From: Alphaproteobacteria bacterium
GTDB taxonomy: Bacteria > Pseudomonadota > Alphaproteobacteria > SP197
Reading direction: 5' to 3'
Length of the DNA stretch: 64,000 nt
NCBI GenBank assembly: GCA_964291415.2
Contig: OZ219920.1
Location: 832,001 to 896,000 of the forward strand
Shown: positions 10,730 to 20,853 of the stretch, one piece after another
Layout of the letters: each line of letters begins with the position of its first letter
How positions within the stretch are numbered: position 1 is the stretch's first letter
Notes under the pieces: generated by a model
Seen by the model: the letters and a program-made list of their open reading frames with translations, nothing else
Told to the model about the DNA's origin: nothing
Database searches by the model: none
Program-made: the position numbers and the translations under genes

Positions 10730-11728
10730 ATGACGCCACTTGTCGATCCCTTTGGTCGTGAGATCAGCTACATCCGGATTTCGGTGACGGACCGGTGCGA
10801 CTTTCGCTGCGTCTACTGCATGTCGGAAGACATGACTTTCCTGCCCAAGAAGGACCTTCTCACCCTCGAGGAACTCGATCGCCTGACCAGCGCCTTCGTG
10901 CGTCTCGGCACGCGCAAGGTCCGGGTCACCGGCGGCGAGCCCCTCGTGCGCAAGGGCGTGATGCAGCTCTTCAGGAGCCTGGGACGGCACCTTCACGGCG
11001 GCGGACTCGACGAACTGACGGTGACCACCAACGGCAGCCAGCTCGCGCGCCATGCCGGGGCGCTTCATGAAGCCGGTGTCCGGCGAATCAACATCTCGCT
11101 CGATACCCTCGATCCGGAAAAGTTCCGGGCCATCACGCGCTGGGGCCGCTGGGACAGGGTGATGGAGGGCATCGCCGCCGCGACCGAGGCCGGACTTGCC
11201 ATCAAGATCAACGCGGTGGCCATGAAGGGTGTCAACGAGGATGAATTCGACCGCATGATTCGCTGGTGTGGCGAACGCGGGTTCGACCTGACACTGATCG
11301 AGACCATGCCCATGGGCGATATCGACGGTGACCGGACGGCCCAGTACCTGCCGCTGTCGGCGGTGAGGGCGGATCTCGAACGGCGATGGACGCTCGTCGA
11401 GAGCGATCACCGGACCGGCGGTCCGGCACGCTATGTGCACATTGCCGAGACAGGCCGGCGACTTGGTTTCATCACGCCGATGACCCACAACTTCTGCGAA
11501 TCCTGCAACCGCGTCCGGTTGACCTGCACGGGCACCCTCTACATGTGCCTTGGCCAGGAAGATTCCGCGGACCTGAAGACGCCCATGCGCATGTCTCCCG
11601 ATGATGCGGCACTCGAGGCGGCCATCCGCAAGGCCATCGGCCGCAAGCCGAAGGGCCACGACTTTGTCATCGACCGGGCAACGAGGACGCCGAGCGTCTC
11701 GCGCCACATGAGTGTCACGGGCGGATAG
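10730..11728 (+). CDS. moaA: GTP 3',8-cyclase (molybdenum cofactor biosynthesis)
   Basis: Radical [11 protein letters not shown], second cluster CESCNR..C and C-terminal MSVTGG. Confidence 0.97.
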   Translation: MTPLVDPFGREISYIRISVTDRCDFRCVYCMSEDMTFLPKKDLLTLEELDRLTSAFVRLGTRKVRVTGGEPLVRKGVMQLFRSLGRHLHGGGLDELTVTTNGSQLARHAGALHEAGVRRINISLDTLDPEKFRAITRWGRWDRVMEGIAAATEAGLAIKINAVAMKGVNEDEFDRMIRWCGERGFDLTLIETMPMGDIDGDRTAQYLPLSAVRADLERRWTLVESDHRTGGPARYVHIAETGRRLGFITPMTHNFCESCNRVRLTCTGTLYMCLGQEDSADLKTPMRMSPDDAALEAAIRKAIGRKPKGHDFVIDRATRTPSVSRHMSVTGG

Positions 11729-11741
11729 GAGACAGCCGGCG

Positions 11742-12881
11742 GTGGCGCACCGCGTCGAGACGATTCCTCTCATGTCCCCGGGTCCGGGGAGCGAACGTCA
11801 TCTCGTCGTGCATCGTTTCGGGAAGCCGGGCGCGCGCCCCAAGCTCTACTTCCAGGCGGCGCTCCATGCCGATGAGCTCCCGGGATCACTGGTGCTCAAC
11901 CGCATGCTGTCCTGGCTGAAGGAAGCAGACGAGGGGGGCGGCCTCAAGGGCGAGTTCGTGATCGTTCCCCTTGCCAATCCCGTCGGTCTCGCCAATCGCA
12001 TCCTCAACTACCACCTGGGCCGTTTCGATCTCGGCGGCGATGGCAATTTCAACCGCTGGTACCCGGACCTCGGCGCAGTCGCGGCCGAGGGCGTGGGCGA
12101 TCTCCTGGCCGATGACAGTGAAGCCAATACGCGGATCATTCGCCAGGCCCTCCTTGATGCGGTCGCCGCGTGGCCTGCCACGGGAGAGGCCAATCAGCTC
12201 AGGAAGACGCTGCTCGGCCTCTCGATCGACAGCGACTTCGTGTTCGACCTGCACTGTCACGGCGAGGGTATTGCGTACATCTATTTCCCCCGGGACATCT
12301 GGCCGCGCTACAGCGATCTGGCTGGTGAACTGGGTTGCCGCACCATCCTGCTCTTCGACGCCACCGAGGGCACCGCCTTCGAGAACGCCGCTGCTGTCGC
12401 CTGGTCCACCATTCGCCGGACCTTTCCGGATCGTGAGTTTGCAGATGCGCCCTTCACCACGACCCTGGAGTTGAGAGGGCAGTCCGATGTCGGTGCCGAC
12501 ATGGCCCGGGATGATGCATCGGCGCTCTGGCGGTTCCTCGTGCGTCACGGATTCATTGCCGGTGATCCGGTTCCGCCGCCGAACCTGTTGTGCCAGCCGA
12601 CGCCTCTCGCCGGTTCCGACAACCTCGTGGCGCCTGTCGCCGGTGTCGTCAGTTACCGCCTGGCGCCGGGTGACAGGGTCGAGGCCGGCATGGTCGTTGC
12701 CGACATCGTCGATCCGGCAGAAGCCGACTGGGGCAAGGCGCGGACACCGGTTGCCAGCCGGGCGAGCGGTATCCTCTATGGGCGCCGGCTGAGCCGGCTG
12801 GTGCGCCCGGGCCAGTCCTTTGCGGTGGTGTCGGGACCGGAGGAACTGCCGCCTCCGGACCATCCCGTCCACGACTGGTAG
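11742..12881 (+). CDS. succinylglutamate desuccinylase/aspartoacylase family (M14) protein
   Basis: LHADELPG, ANPVG, NFNR, DLHC, TLELRG; AGGAG RBS before GTG 11742. Confidence 0.88.
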   Translation: MAHRVETIPLMSPGPGSERHLVVHRFGKPGARPKLYFQAALHADELPGSLVLNRMLSWLKEADEGGGLKGEFVIVPLANPVGLANRILNYHLGRFDLGGDGNFNRWYPDLGAVAAEGVGDLLADDSEANTRIIRQALLDAVAAWPATGEANQLRKTLLGLSIDSDFVFDLHCHGEGIAYIYFPRDIWPRYSDLAGELGCRTILLFDATEGTAFENAAAVAWSTIRRTFPDREFADAPFTTTLELRGQSDVGADMARDDASALWRFLVRHGFIAGDPVPPPNLLCQPTPLAGSDNLVAPVAGVVSYRLAPGDRVEAGMVVADIVDPAEADWGKARTPVASRASGILYGRRLSRLVRPGQSFAVVSGPEELPPPDHPVHDW

Positions 12882-12890
12882 GGCGGGCCC

Positions 12891-13982
12891 GTGGTCTGCA
12901 GGCAGGAGATCATCGAGCTTCCCCGGGCGGGGCCCGGGACCCGGCGGAGCATCGTAGTCCAGCGCTTCGGAGAACCGGGTGCGAGGCCCAAGGCCTACCT
13001 TCATGCGGCGCTCCATGCCCAGGAGCTTCCCGGCATCGTCGTTCTCGATCACCTGGCCGGCATGCTGCGCGACGCCGATGTCAGGGGAGAGGTGGTCATC
13101 GTGCCGTTTGCCAACCCGATCGGTCTGGCACAGCAGGTCATGATGGAAACGCCGGGACGCCACGACCTCGATACGGGGCGCAACTACAACCGCGGTTTTC
13201 CCGACATCCTGGACGAGGTGGCCCAGGCGGTCACCGGCAAGCTCGACCGGAACCATGATGCCAGTGTGGCCCGGGTGAGAGAGGCGGCCCTCGATATCCT
13301 GGAACGCCGGCCAGTCCTGCGCGAGGACGATGTCCTGAAGACCACCCTGTTGCGCCTGTCGCTGGACAGCGACTACGTCCTTGACCTTCACACGGCCTGG
13401 GAGGCGCTGCCGCACATGTTGGTCAGTTCTCTCCACTGGCCCGATGCCGCCGACCTCGCCCGGGACATGGAAAGCGAGGTGGTGATCGTCGACGACGGCA
13501 ATCCCATGATGACGTTCAAGTCGGCTCACGTTCTCTTGTGGCAGGCAATCGCCAGGCACTTTCCGACAAGCCTGGAGCGGCCGGGGTGTCTGGCCGCCGT
13601 CCTCGAATTGCGCGGTCAGAGGGATGTCGACGACGATCTGACCCTGCCCGCCGCACGCGGGCTGCTGCGCTGGCTGCGCCGCCGTGGTGTCGTCGGCGGA
13701 GAGCCGGGACCTCTCCCCCGGCCAAGGTGCCGGGCGCGCTCGATAGACGGTCTGCGGCGGCTTCAGGCCCCGGCAGGCGGCATCGTCATCTACGAGGGAG
13801 CACTCGGCAGGCACGTCGCCAGGGGCGAGACCTTCGCCCACATTCTCGATCCGGCCAGCGGCACGCGCCACCCGGTGACCGCTCCGGTCACGGGATGTCT
13901 CTACACGCGGCGCAGCCACCGCCTGGCCCGCCAGGGCGACTACTTCTGCGCCATCGCCGGTGATGATCCGCCAGTAGACTGA
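12891..13982 (+). CDS. succinylglutamate desuccinylase/aspartoacylase family (M14) protein, second paralog
   Basis: LHAQELPG, ANPIG, NYNR, DLHT, LELRG. Confidence 0.88.
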   Translation: MVCRQEIIELPRAGPGTRRSIVVQRFGEPGARPKAYLHAALHAQELPGIVVLDHLAGMLRDADVRGEVVIVPFANPIGLAQQVMMETPGRHDLDTGRNYNRGFPDILDEVAQAVTGKLDRNHDASVARVREAALDILERRPVLREDDVLKTTLLRLSLDSDYVLDLHTAWEALPHMLVSSLHWPDAADLARDMESEVVIVDDGNPMMTFKSAHVLLWQAIARHFPTSLERPGCLAAVLELRGQRDVDDDLTLPAARGLLRWLRRRGVVGGEPGPLPRPRCRARSIDGLRRLQAPAGGIVIYEGALGRHVARGETFAHILDPASGTRHPVTAPVTGCLYTRRSHRLARQGDYFCAIAGDDPPVD

Positions 13983-14377
13983 TGGCCGGCCGTGCCGGGC
14001 AGGGGGGACTGAAGGCCGGGATCGGAAGCCATGGCGGGGATCCGTCAGCGGTACTGTGTCGTGACCCCATGCCGCCCGGCCTGCCGACGTTGCGGAATGG
14101 CGCAGGGAGGTAGCGACATTGGGGAGAGGATCACTCCCTGTCGTCGTTTCGAGAAGCGATGCACTGGTTCGCCGGCCCGAGGTATCGGCGGAAGCGCCTG
14201 ACTCCCGGGGGGTCAAGGACAGGCGGTTTCATGAAGTCGGCCTGGACGCTTCGGTAGCACCGGCGGCGGTGCCGATGGCCCGGATGGAGCGGCGAACACG
14301 TGGCAACGGGCTCGGCGCCAATCGCGCGCTCGATCTGCGCTGCTGCGACGATATGGTCGACCTTCAGGAACGTGTCT

Positions 14378-14893
14378 TCAGTTGGCGCGTCCGGCGCCGC
14401 CGAGACCGACAATCGTCGAGAACGGCATGTGCACGCCGATCCCGAGGAACGTCGTATCCGGGTGGCGCATGAAACCGACCTCCCAGATGACATCGCTGTC
14501 CTCTTCCTGCCATTGGACCACCGGCAACGCGCCCCGGCGCAGCCAGTGCCCCCGGGTGTAGTTTCCGCTCACGCCGGCACTCACCCCGACACGCCAGCGC
14601 TCGGCCACTTCCCAAGCCGCCGTCACGCCAAGGAAAGGTCCCCATGTATGGTGCGATGTACGCACGATGCCTGTTCGCGCCCGTAGCCACTCGCCGAGCA
14701 GCGGCGCGTTGACGCCGATCCAGGGGTGCCAGGTCGCATAGTTCCTGTCGGAGTCCGGATGGAAACTCTTGATGACGCCGAGTTCCGCCCGGAGCACCGT
14801 GTCACCTGCAGCGGGCCCAAGGATTAGCGGCATGATCGCAGCCGCCAACAGAGCGGCCGCCAACGCCTTGCAGTTCGTCTTTTGCCCCCTCAT
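14378..14893 (-). CDS. secreted putative small outer-membrane beta-barrel protein (PagP-like)
   Basis: Signal-peptide-like N-terminus (KALAAALLAAAIMPLILGPAAG) followed by amphipathic Trp/Gly-rich strands. Confidence 0.5.
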   Translation of the reverse strand: MRGQKTNCKALAAALLAAAIMPLILGPAAGDTVLRAELGVIKSFHPDSDRNYATWHPWIGVNAPLLGEWLRARTGIVRTSHHTWGPFLGVTAAWEVAERWRVGVSAGVSGNYTRGHWLRRGALPVVQWQEEDSDVIWEVGFMRHPDTTFLGIGVHMPFSTIVGLGGAGRAN

Positions 14894-15084
14894 CAGATCA
14901 TCCCCTTTTCGAGCGCGAGCCATTCCGGCATCGACGCGATACCGTCGCCCTTGTCCTCGATGAGGGCGATGGGACCCCGCACGGGCCGCGCCCCGCCGAG
15001 ATTGGGCAGGCAGCACTTGTCTCTTTCGTGACGCGGGATCGCACCGATGTCAACGAGATCAGCCGTGCCGGTCATTCGACGCAT
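14893..15084 (-). CDS. small phage-like hypothetical protein (possibly degenerate)
   Basis: 'DLVDI...HE....MPEWLALEKGMI' resembles small alphaproteobacterial prophage proteins; stop overlaps the next ATG. Confidence 0.4.
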   Translation of the reverse strand: MRRMTGTADLVDIGAIPRHERDKCCLPNLGGARPVRGPIALIEDKGDGIASMPEWLALEKGMI

Positions 15085-15687
15085 CCGGTCATCAGTGCAT
15101 CGTCAGCCCTTCTGCTTGCGGTCGAAGAGAAGGCCGGCCCGCGATCGAACCCCAGAGCTGCCAGCCGCCGCGGGTCTCGAGGCCGATTCCGATGAAGATC
15201 TCGGTGGCGGCGGGGCGCAGGTCCTTCACCGCCTTCAGCGTGGCCGTGGTACGCTCGACCTTGCGCCGGCCCTTCGCCGCCGGCTCCTCGGTCAAGGCGG
15301 GAACGATGTCGCCGTCGGCGTGAGCCCGGAACCGTTCGGCCACAAGGCGGTCGTCGCCAGGCCGGTGCCGAAGAAATGAGCCAGAAACGTCTCCGTCGTG
15401 TTGCCGGGCATCGCCATGGCTGCCGTCACGGCGCCGTTTCCTTCGTGCCGATGAGGGAAAACGGCAGCCGGACGCCCCGACCGCCGCCCCGCTCACGGCC
15501 GGCGCTCCCCTCTCGGTGGGGCGATGCGCGGCGGCGGAGAGTCGGTGATTGACCGGGTGGACAGGTAGGACTAGGGATCGGGCGTCGGTTCGATCGGCGT
15601 TTCCGATCAGGCAATCACAACGGAAAAGGGCGGCATCGGATCGCGAGCCAATTCCGGCAGCGTCCGCGAGAACAGGAGAACGAGAGA

Positions 15688-15960
15688 GTGAACAAGGCAG
15701 AGATCGTCGAGCGCGTGGCCGGCGAGGCAGGCATCACGAAACAGGCGGCCCAGGCCGCTGTCGGTGGCGTGTTCGACGCCATCGCGGAGGCACTCGCCCG
15801 GGGCGAGGACGTTTCCATCGTCGGCTTCGGCAGGTTCTCCAGGAAGGACCGGCCTGCTCGCGAAGGCAGGAATCCGCGCACCGGCGAACGCATCGCCATC
15901 GGCCCGGCGGCCGGCGTGTCGTTCAAGGCCGGCAAGCCGCTGAAGGACTTGCTGAGCTGA
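15688..15960 (+). CDS. HU family DNA-binding protein
   Basis: MNKAEIVERVA, GFGRF, REGRNPRTGE, FKAGKPLKD; AGGAG RBS. Confidence 0.95.
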   Translation: MNKAEIVERVAGEAGITKQAAQAAVGGVFDAIAEALARGEDVSIVGFGRFSRKDRPAREGRNPRTGERIAIGPAAGVSFKAGKPLKDLLS

Positions 15961-16044
15961 CCGTGGGCGGGCGGCAGGCGCGTTGACGGCGGGTCACGCC
16001 GGAATGCGGCGGAATCGCGGACGGTCGATGGAGCGCGGAACGGG

Positions 16045-17050
16045 ATGAACGACGAAACGCCAGAGAGCGCGGGCGGCGGCGAGGTTGCGGTGTACGAAAG
16101 CGCCGGCGGCGAGGTGCGGGTGGACGTGCGTCTCGACCGGGAGACGGTCTGGCTGACCCAGCGGCAGATGGCGGAGGTGTTCGACACTACGCCCGAGAAC
16201 GTGCTGATGCACCTGCGCAACATATTCGAGCGGGGAACTGGAGGCGGAGGCAACTACTAAGGAATACTTGGCAGTTCGAACCGAAGGCAGGCGCAGGGTC
16301 CGGCGCCGGCTGAAACACTACAATCTCGACGCCATAATCTCGGTCGGCTACCGCGTCAACACCAGGCGCGGCGTGCGGTTCCGCCAATGGGCCACCCGCA
16401 CTCTGCTCGGTCACCTGGTGCAGGGCTTCACCGTGAACGAGCGCCGGCTGGCCGAGCGCGGCCTGCGGGAAGCGCGGGAGACCCTGGACCTTCTGGCGCG
16501 CACACTCAGCAACCAGGCGCTGGTGGACGATACCGGACAGGCGGTGCTGGACCTGATCGCGGGCTATGCCGATACATGGCGCCTGTTGCTGGAGTACGAC
16601 GAGGACCGGTTGGTGCCGCCGCCCGGCACGGGGCCGTCGTCGGGCGTGCTCGATCACGACCGGGCCATCGGCGCGATCGCGGAGTTCCGGCACGATCTGA
16701 TGGCTCGCGAGCAGGCCTCGGCCCTCTTCGGCAGTCCCCGCGGCGATGCGCTCGCCGCCATTCTGGGCAATATCGAGCAGACCATGTTCGGCGAACCGCT
16801 CTACCGCAGCCGCGAGGAGAAGGCGGCGCACCTGCTGTACTTTGTGGTCAAGGACCATCCCTTCACCGACGGCAACAAGCGTATCGGGTCGCTGCTGTTC
16901 CTGCTCTACCTGAAGCAGGAGGGGATCGAACACGGCCTGAACCCCCAGGCGCTGACAGCGCTGACCCTGCTGGTCGCTGAAAGCGCTCCCGCCGGCAAGG
17001 ACCTCATGATCCGGCTGATCGTCAACCTGCTGGTGGGGACGTCAGCATGA
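16045..17050 (+). pseudogene. RhuM/virulence-protein + Fic/Doc fusion, frameshifted near 16230
   Basis: RhuM motifs (ETVWLTQRQMAEVF, HYNLDAIISVGYRVN) are split across two frames at ttcgagcggggaactg; Fic motif HPFTDGNKRIG. Confidence 0.8.
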
Positions 17051-17329
17051 CGCACGTGACTGGCGGGCACTTCGTGCAAGCCGCCCGGAGAGGGAAGGAA
17101 GCGATCCCCCGGATTTCAGTTCTGTAGGGATCGTTTGGCGATCTCTTGCCTGACCTCTTCAAGTCGGGTGTCGATCTGGTCATGGATCGGCTGCCAGTCC
17201 GCCCCGGAATTTCTGTCATCAATCCCATGAATCGTGTCGAAGCGACGGACAGCGTGGTCTTCTCGTCCACGGGCTCGTCGTGTGGGACCTCAGAAACACG
17301 GCGCGGAGTGGTGGCTGTGGTTCTCCCGG

Positions 17330-17850
17330 GCGTGATGACGGAGAGAACCGGCAAAGAATGGTCGGCTGCCGCGGGCGTAGCGCGAAGCGAGGCGAACCAG
17401 CGCCTGGCGTCCGCGTGGTCGATCTCGGCGATGGGGCAGCCTGCGAAGCGCGGCAGAATGTGGTGGTCGAGGTGCGATGAGTTGACGCCGAACGTTCCCG
17501 CCTTCCGGAGGCGCTCGTGGCACTTGAACGCGGTCCGGGCGACGGTCTCGAAGAGGGCGTCACCGTCAGATGAAGGAGTCTCAGCGCCACGTCGAAGAGC
17601 GGCCAGCATGGCCCTGGCGGGCGACCGGGCTTCATCGACATCCAGCGAATCGGTGTCACCGACGATTTGCCGGATCCGTTCTCCTCGATGCTGGCTGTGG
17701 ATGGAACATACCGTTTGGCTCCGCTGGGCATGATGCGAACGCCGAAGCCCCGGAGCTTGCCATCGCGGATGTCAAGAGCGCTTGCGCACGGCTTCAGTAC
17801 CGTGATGCGGGATCGGGTAAGAGGTGGTCCTGGCTTGCCGGTCTCCCGAT
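17330..17850 (-). pseudogene. tyrosine integrase remnant (arm-binding and core-binding domains only)
   Basis: LTRSRITVLKP..DIRDGKLRGFGVRIMPSGAKRY, then a frameshift, then IHSQHRGERI..DEARS..HILPRFAG.PIAEID..RWFASLRATPAAADHSLPVLSVI; no catalytic domain. Confidence 0.75.
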
Positions 17851-17959
17851 TGCAGTTGCAGCCGGGGAAGTAAACAGCGACACGAAGCTGTTCCCCGACA
17901 TTTTCCTTGCGGGAGAAAAAGCGTTTGTTTTCAGCAAAGAAGGGTGCGTCATGGGTCGA

Positions 17960-18033
17960 TGGAGGCTAGGACCGGAATCGAACCGGTGTAAACGGATTTG
18001 CAGTCCGGTGCATCACCACTCTGCCACCTAGCC
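17960..18033 (-). tRNA. tRNA-Cys(GCA)
   Basis: GGCTAGGTGGCAGAGTGGTGATGCACCGGACTGCAAATCCGTTTACACCGGTTCGATTCCGGTCCTAGCCTCCA; cloverleaf with encoded CCA. Confidence 0.97.
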
Positions 18034-18155
18034 CCGGCCGCCTTGCGGGGTGCCCTTCCACACAACGCGGTCCGTCCACTATACTGGCCCTCTGATCGCT
18101 TGCGAAGTGCCGTCTCGCCCGAGTGGGGCCGGGCCTTCGGAAATGAAGGCGTGCA

Positions 18156-18812
18156 ATGATCGAGTTTGCCAGTGTTCGCCAGGCCATGGTGGAGAATCAG
18201 ATCCGCTCGGTGAAGGTGGACAACGAAGATCTCCTCGAGGCGTTGCGCGAAGTGCCGCGGGAACTCTTCGTTCCGGAACGGCTGCGCGACGTCGCCTATG
18301 TCGACGAGGACATCCGCATCGATGGCGACCGCTACATGACCGAGCCGATGGTGCTGGCCCGTCTTCTTCAGGCCGGTGACATCGGTCCCGACGATGCCGT
18401 TCTTGTCATCGGCTGCACCACCGGATACAGCGTCGCCGTGACGGCGCGCCTGGCCGCAGCCGTGGTCGGCCTTGACGGCGATGCGGACATGATTGCCCGG
18501 GCCGAGACCACTCTCGCCCGCCTCGAAATCTACAATGGCGTCGTCGTCTGTGGCGACATGCGGCTGGGTTGGCCGAAACAGGCTCCCTACGATGTCATCG
18601 TCATCGAGGGGCGTTGCGACGAGGTGCCGCGCGCCCTTACCGAACAGCTGTCCCCGGGTGGCCGACTCGTCGCCGTGTGCAGCGAAGCGGCCGTCGGACG
18701 TGCCGTCGTGATCCGCCGTGACGGCGCCGGGAACCTGAGCCGGCGGTCCCTTTTTGATGCCTTCCTCCCACCACTGGAATGTTTCAGACGTGAACCTGAA
18801 TTCCGGTTGTAG
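18156..18812 (+). CDS. pcm: protein-L-isoaspartate O-methyltransferase family protein
   Basis: RQAMVENQIR, VPRELFVP, VLVIGCTTGYS, APYDVIVIEG; conserved pcm-tolC-popZ-valS order. Confidence 0.9.
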   Translation: MIEFASVRQAMVENQIRSVKVDNEDLLEALREVPRELFVPERLRDVAYVDEDIRIDGDRYMTEPMVLARLLQAGDIGPDDAVLVIGCTTGYSVAVTARLAAAVVGLDGDADMIARAETTLARLEIYNGVVVCGDMRLGWPKQAPYDVIVIEGRCDEVPRALTEQLSPGGRLVAVCSEAAVGRAVVIRRDGAGNLSRRSLFDAFLPPLECFRREPEFRL

Positions 18813-20151
18813 ACCACTGGTCATCGCCGCCGCGCTGGCGTTGTCCTGGCCGGCATCCTCCCAGACTCTCGATGAGGCCCTGGCCATCGCCTATGAGAGC
18901 AGTCCGGCACTCGAAGCGGCCCGGGCTCGCCTGAGGGCCGCCGATGAACAGGCAGCCCAGACCGATGCCAGAACGCGCCCGTCCCTGACACTCGAGGGGG
19001 ACCTGGGCCTGAGGGAGCACGAGACCCGGGGGAGCACGAAACCGGCCTCGTGGTCCATTGGCATCGATCAGGTGCTCTATCATGGCGCCGTCGCCACCGG
19101 CATCAGCCGGTCGGTGCATGTCGTCGGCAGCGCGAGAGCCGGTCTGGCCGAAGTCGAGCAACATGTCCTGCTGGACGTCGCACGGAGCTACACGGATATT
19201 GTTCTGGCGCACGTGATTCTTGACCGTGCGATCAGCAACGAACAGAGGTTGGCAAGCCACCTCGAGGCAACGGAGGACCGTTTCCGCGTGGGCCTCTCCA
19301 CCCTGACCGACGTGGCTCAGGCACGCGCCCGGCTGGCCGGGGCACGCGCAGACAGGGAGCGGGCACAGGGTCAGGTGAACTCGGCGTCTGCCCGGTTCCG
19401 GCAGGTTGTCGGTGTCAGCCCCGACAGTCCCGGGCAGCCGGCTGTGCCGGACGGTCTGCCGGCAAGCCTGGAGGAGGCGACAGCACGTGCCGCGGCGGAA
19501 CATCCTGCTGTGGTGCGGGCCATCGAGGATGAAAGGACGGCGTGGTTGACTGCTGATGTCATGGCCTCCGAACTAGAGCCGTCTGTGAACCTGAGGGCGG
19601 AATTCAGGCGGGCCAGAGACGGCAGTTTCGGGCATGTCTGGCGGGATGATGTCCGCGTTCTGACCCGATTTGTCGTTCCCCTCTACCAGGGAGGCCTGAC
19701 CTCTGCCCGGACCCGGGAGGCACGTCAGCAGGCGGCTGCCCTCAAGCACGAGGTCCACAACATCCGCAGGCAGGTGGAAGCCGGAGTCGTGAGTGCATGG
19801 CAGTCCCTCAAGGTGGCCCGTGCCGAAATCGGGGCCCTTGAGGAGGAAGTGGCGGCCAATGCGACAGCACTGGAGGGCGTCACCAATGAACTGCGGGCCG
19901 GATTGCGCACGGTGCTGGCCGTTCTCGATGCCGAACAGGCGCTCTTCATCAGTGAAGTCAGCCTCGCTCGTGCCCGCAGCCAGGAAGTGACGGCAGCCTA
20001 CGAGTTGCTGGCAGCGACCGGTCGGCTGAACGTGCGCAGCCTGGGATTGCCGGTCGCGGTCTACGATGAGCGCGCCTATCATGAGAAGGCGCGATCCGCG
20101 TTGTGGGGCTACGGCGACAACACGATCTATGCGGATGACTGGTTTGAGTGA
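18790..20151 (+). CDS. tolC: TolC family outer membrane protein
   Basis: Signal peptide, QTLDEALAIAY, two OEP repeats (RFRVGLSTLTDVAQARAR; GLRTVLAVLDAEQ). Confidence 0.9.
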   Translation: MNLNSGCRPLVIAAALALSWPASSQTLDEALAIAYESSPALEAARARLRAADEQAAQTDARTRPSLTLEGDLGLREHETRGSTKPASWSIGIDQVLYHGAVATGISRSVHVVGSARAGLAEVEQHVLLDVARSYTDIVLAHVILDRAISNEQRLASHLEATEDRFRVGLSTLTDVAQARARLAGARADRERAQGQVNSASARFRQVVGVSPDSPGQPAVPDGLPASLEEATARAAAEHPAVVRAIEDERTAWLTADVMASELEPSVNLRAEFRRARDGSFGHVWRDDVRVLTRFVVPLYQGGLTSARTREARQQAAALKHEVHNIRRQVEAGVVSAWQSLKVARAEIGALEEEVAANATALEGVTNELRAGLRTVLAVLDAEQALFISEVSLARARSQEVTAAYELLAATGRLNVRSLGLPVAVYDERAYHEKARSALWGYGDNTIYADDWFE

Positions 20152-20170
20152 AACAGGTGACGGGGGCCGC

Positions 20171-20494
20171 ATGACAAATCAGGACAAACCGATGAGCGAA
20201 GCCCTCGAAGCCGTTCGCGGCATGATGGAGGCGGACAGGGCCGACCCTGTCGAGGAGGCGCCGCAAGCCGATCCGTCAGAAGATTCGACGGCTTCCGCTG
20301 ACACCATGGATGCGCCGGCGGACACTGCAGTGTCCGGTGACGGCCCGCCGGGACGCGCCGAGGTTCTGGAAGAGATGGTCGTGGAGCAGATCACACCGAT
20401 GGTCCGGGACTGGCTCGACAAGCATCTGCCGGATATCGTCGCGCGCGCCGTCGAACGGGAGGTCCGCGACCTGATGGGCCGCCGCGGCGGCTGA
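20171..20494 (+). CDS. popZ: PopZ / DUF2497 family polar organizing protein
   Basis: Acidic linker plus C-terminal 'LEEMV..ITPMVRDWLDKHLPDIVARAVEREV'; synteny. Confidence 0.8.
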   Translation: MTNQDKPMSEALEAVRGMMEADRADPVEEAPQADPSEDSTASADTMDAPADTAVSGDGPPGRAEVLEEMVVEQITPMVRDWLDKHLPDIVARAVEREVRDLMGRRGG

Positions 20495-20853
20495 CCGGCA
20501 GCGGCCTGGTGGCCGCCACCGCGATGAAGCAGTGGCGCAGCGCATGAAACAAGAATCGGGTGCACCCCGCCGGTGACCTTTCCTGCAGGAGGACGGGTCC
20601 GATCGAGGCACCGTGCGTGGTTGACGCCGGACTTGTGGAGACCCTTGCGCAGCACGACCGGAAGGTGTCCGTGGACCTGCGTTGTGATCCAGAACTGCAG
20701 AATTTCCGGAATTGATTCCGGGAGAGGCACCGCGACGAGCCGGGAGCAGGGCTCCGGGCCGTCGCGAGGGATCTGCTGTGCCTGACTGGTTCCGGTTTGA
20801 CACCAAAGTGGCGGCGAACGAGAGTTTGGAGGCAACCAGTCGATGAGGCCTTG

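Larger units (their letters stand above)
14000..17959. mobile_element. decayed genomic island at the 3' end of tRNA-Cys (left boundary approximate)
   Basis: Integrase remnant starts about 100 bp from the tRNA 3' end; cargo is RhuM-Fic, HU and a phage-like ORF; no att duplicate found. Confidence 0.55.

Noticed and set aside
6413-14216. Long alternative-frame or antisense ORFs (e.g. 6413-8227, 9473-11773, 11886-14216) and similar ones window-wide
   Set aside because: Shadow ORFs typical of high-GC DNA overlapping well-supported genes
13983-14377. Left att duplicate of tRNA-Cys
   Set aside because: No copy of the tRNA-Cys 3' end was found, so the island's left boundary remains approximate
15092-15496. 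ORF with faint similarity to a topoisomerase IA Toprim segment (KAVKDL..ATEIFIG)
   Set aside because: The acidic DxDREG motif is absent and the similarity is too weak
17650-17700. Walker A-like 'ENGSGKSS' in ORF 17219-17731
   Set aside because: It is an out-of-frame reading of the integrase remnant after its frameshift
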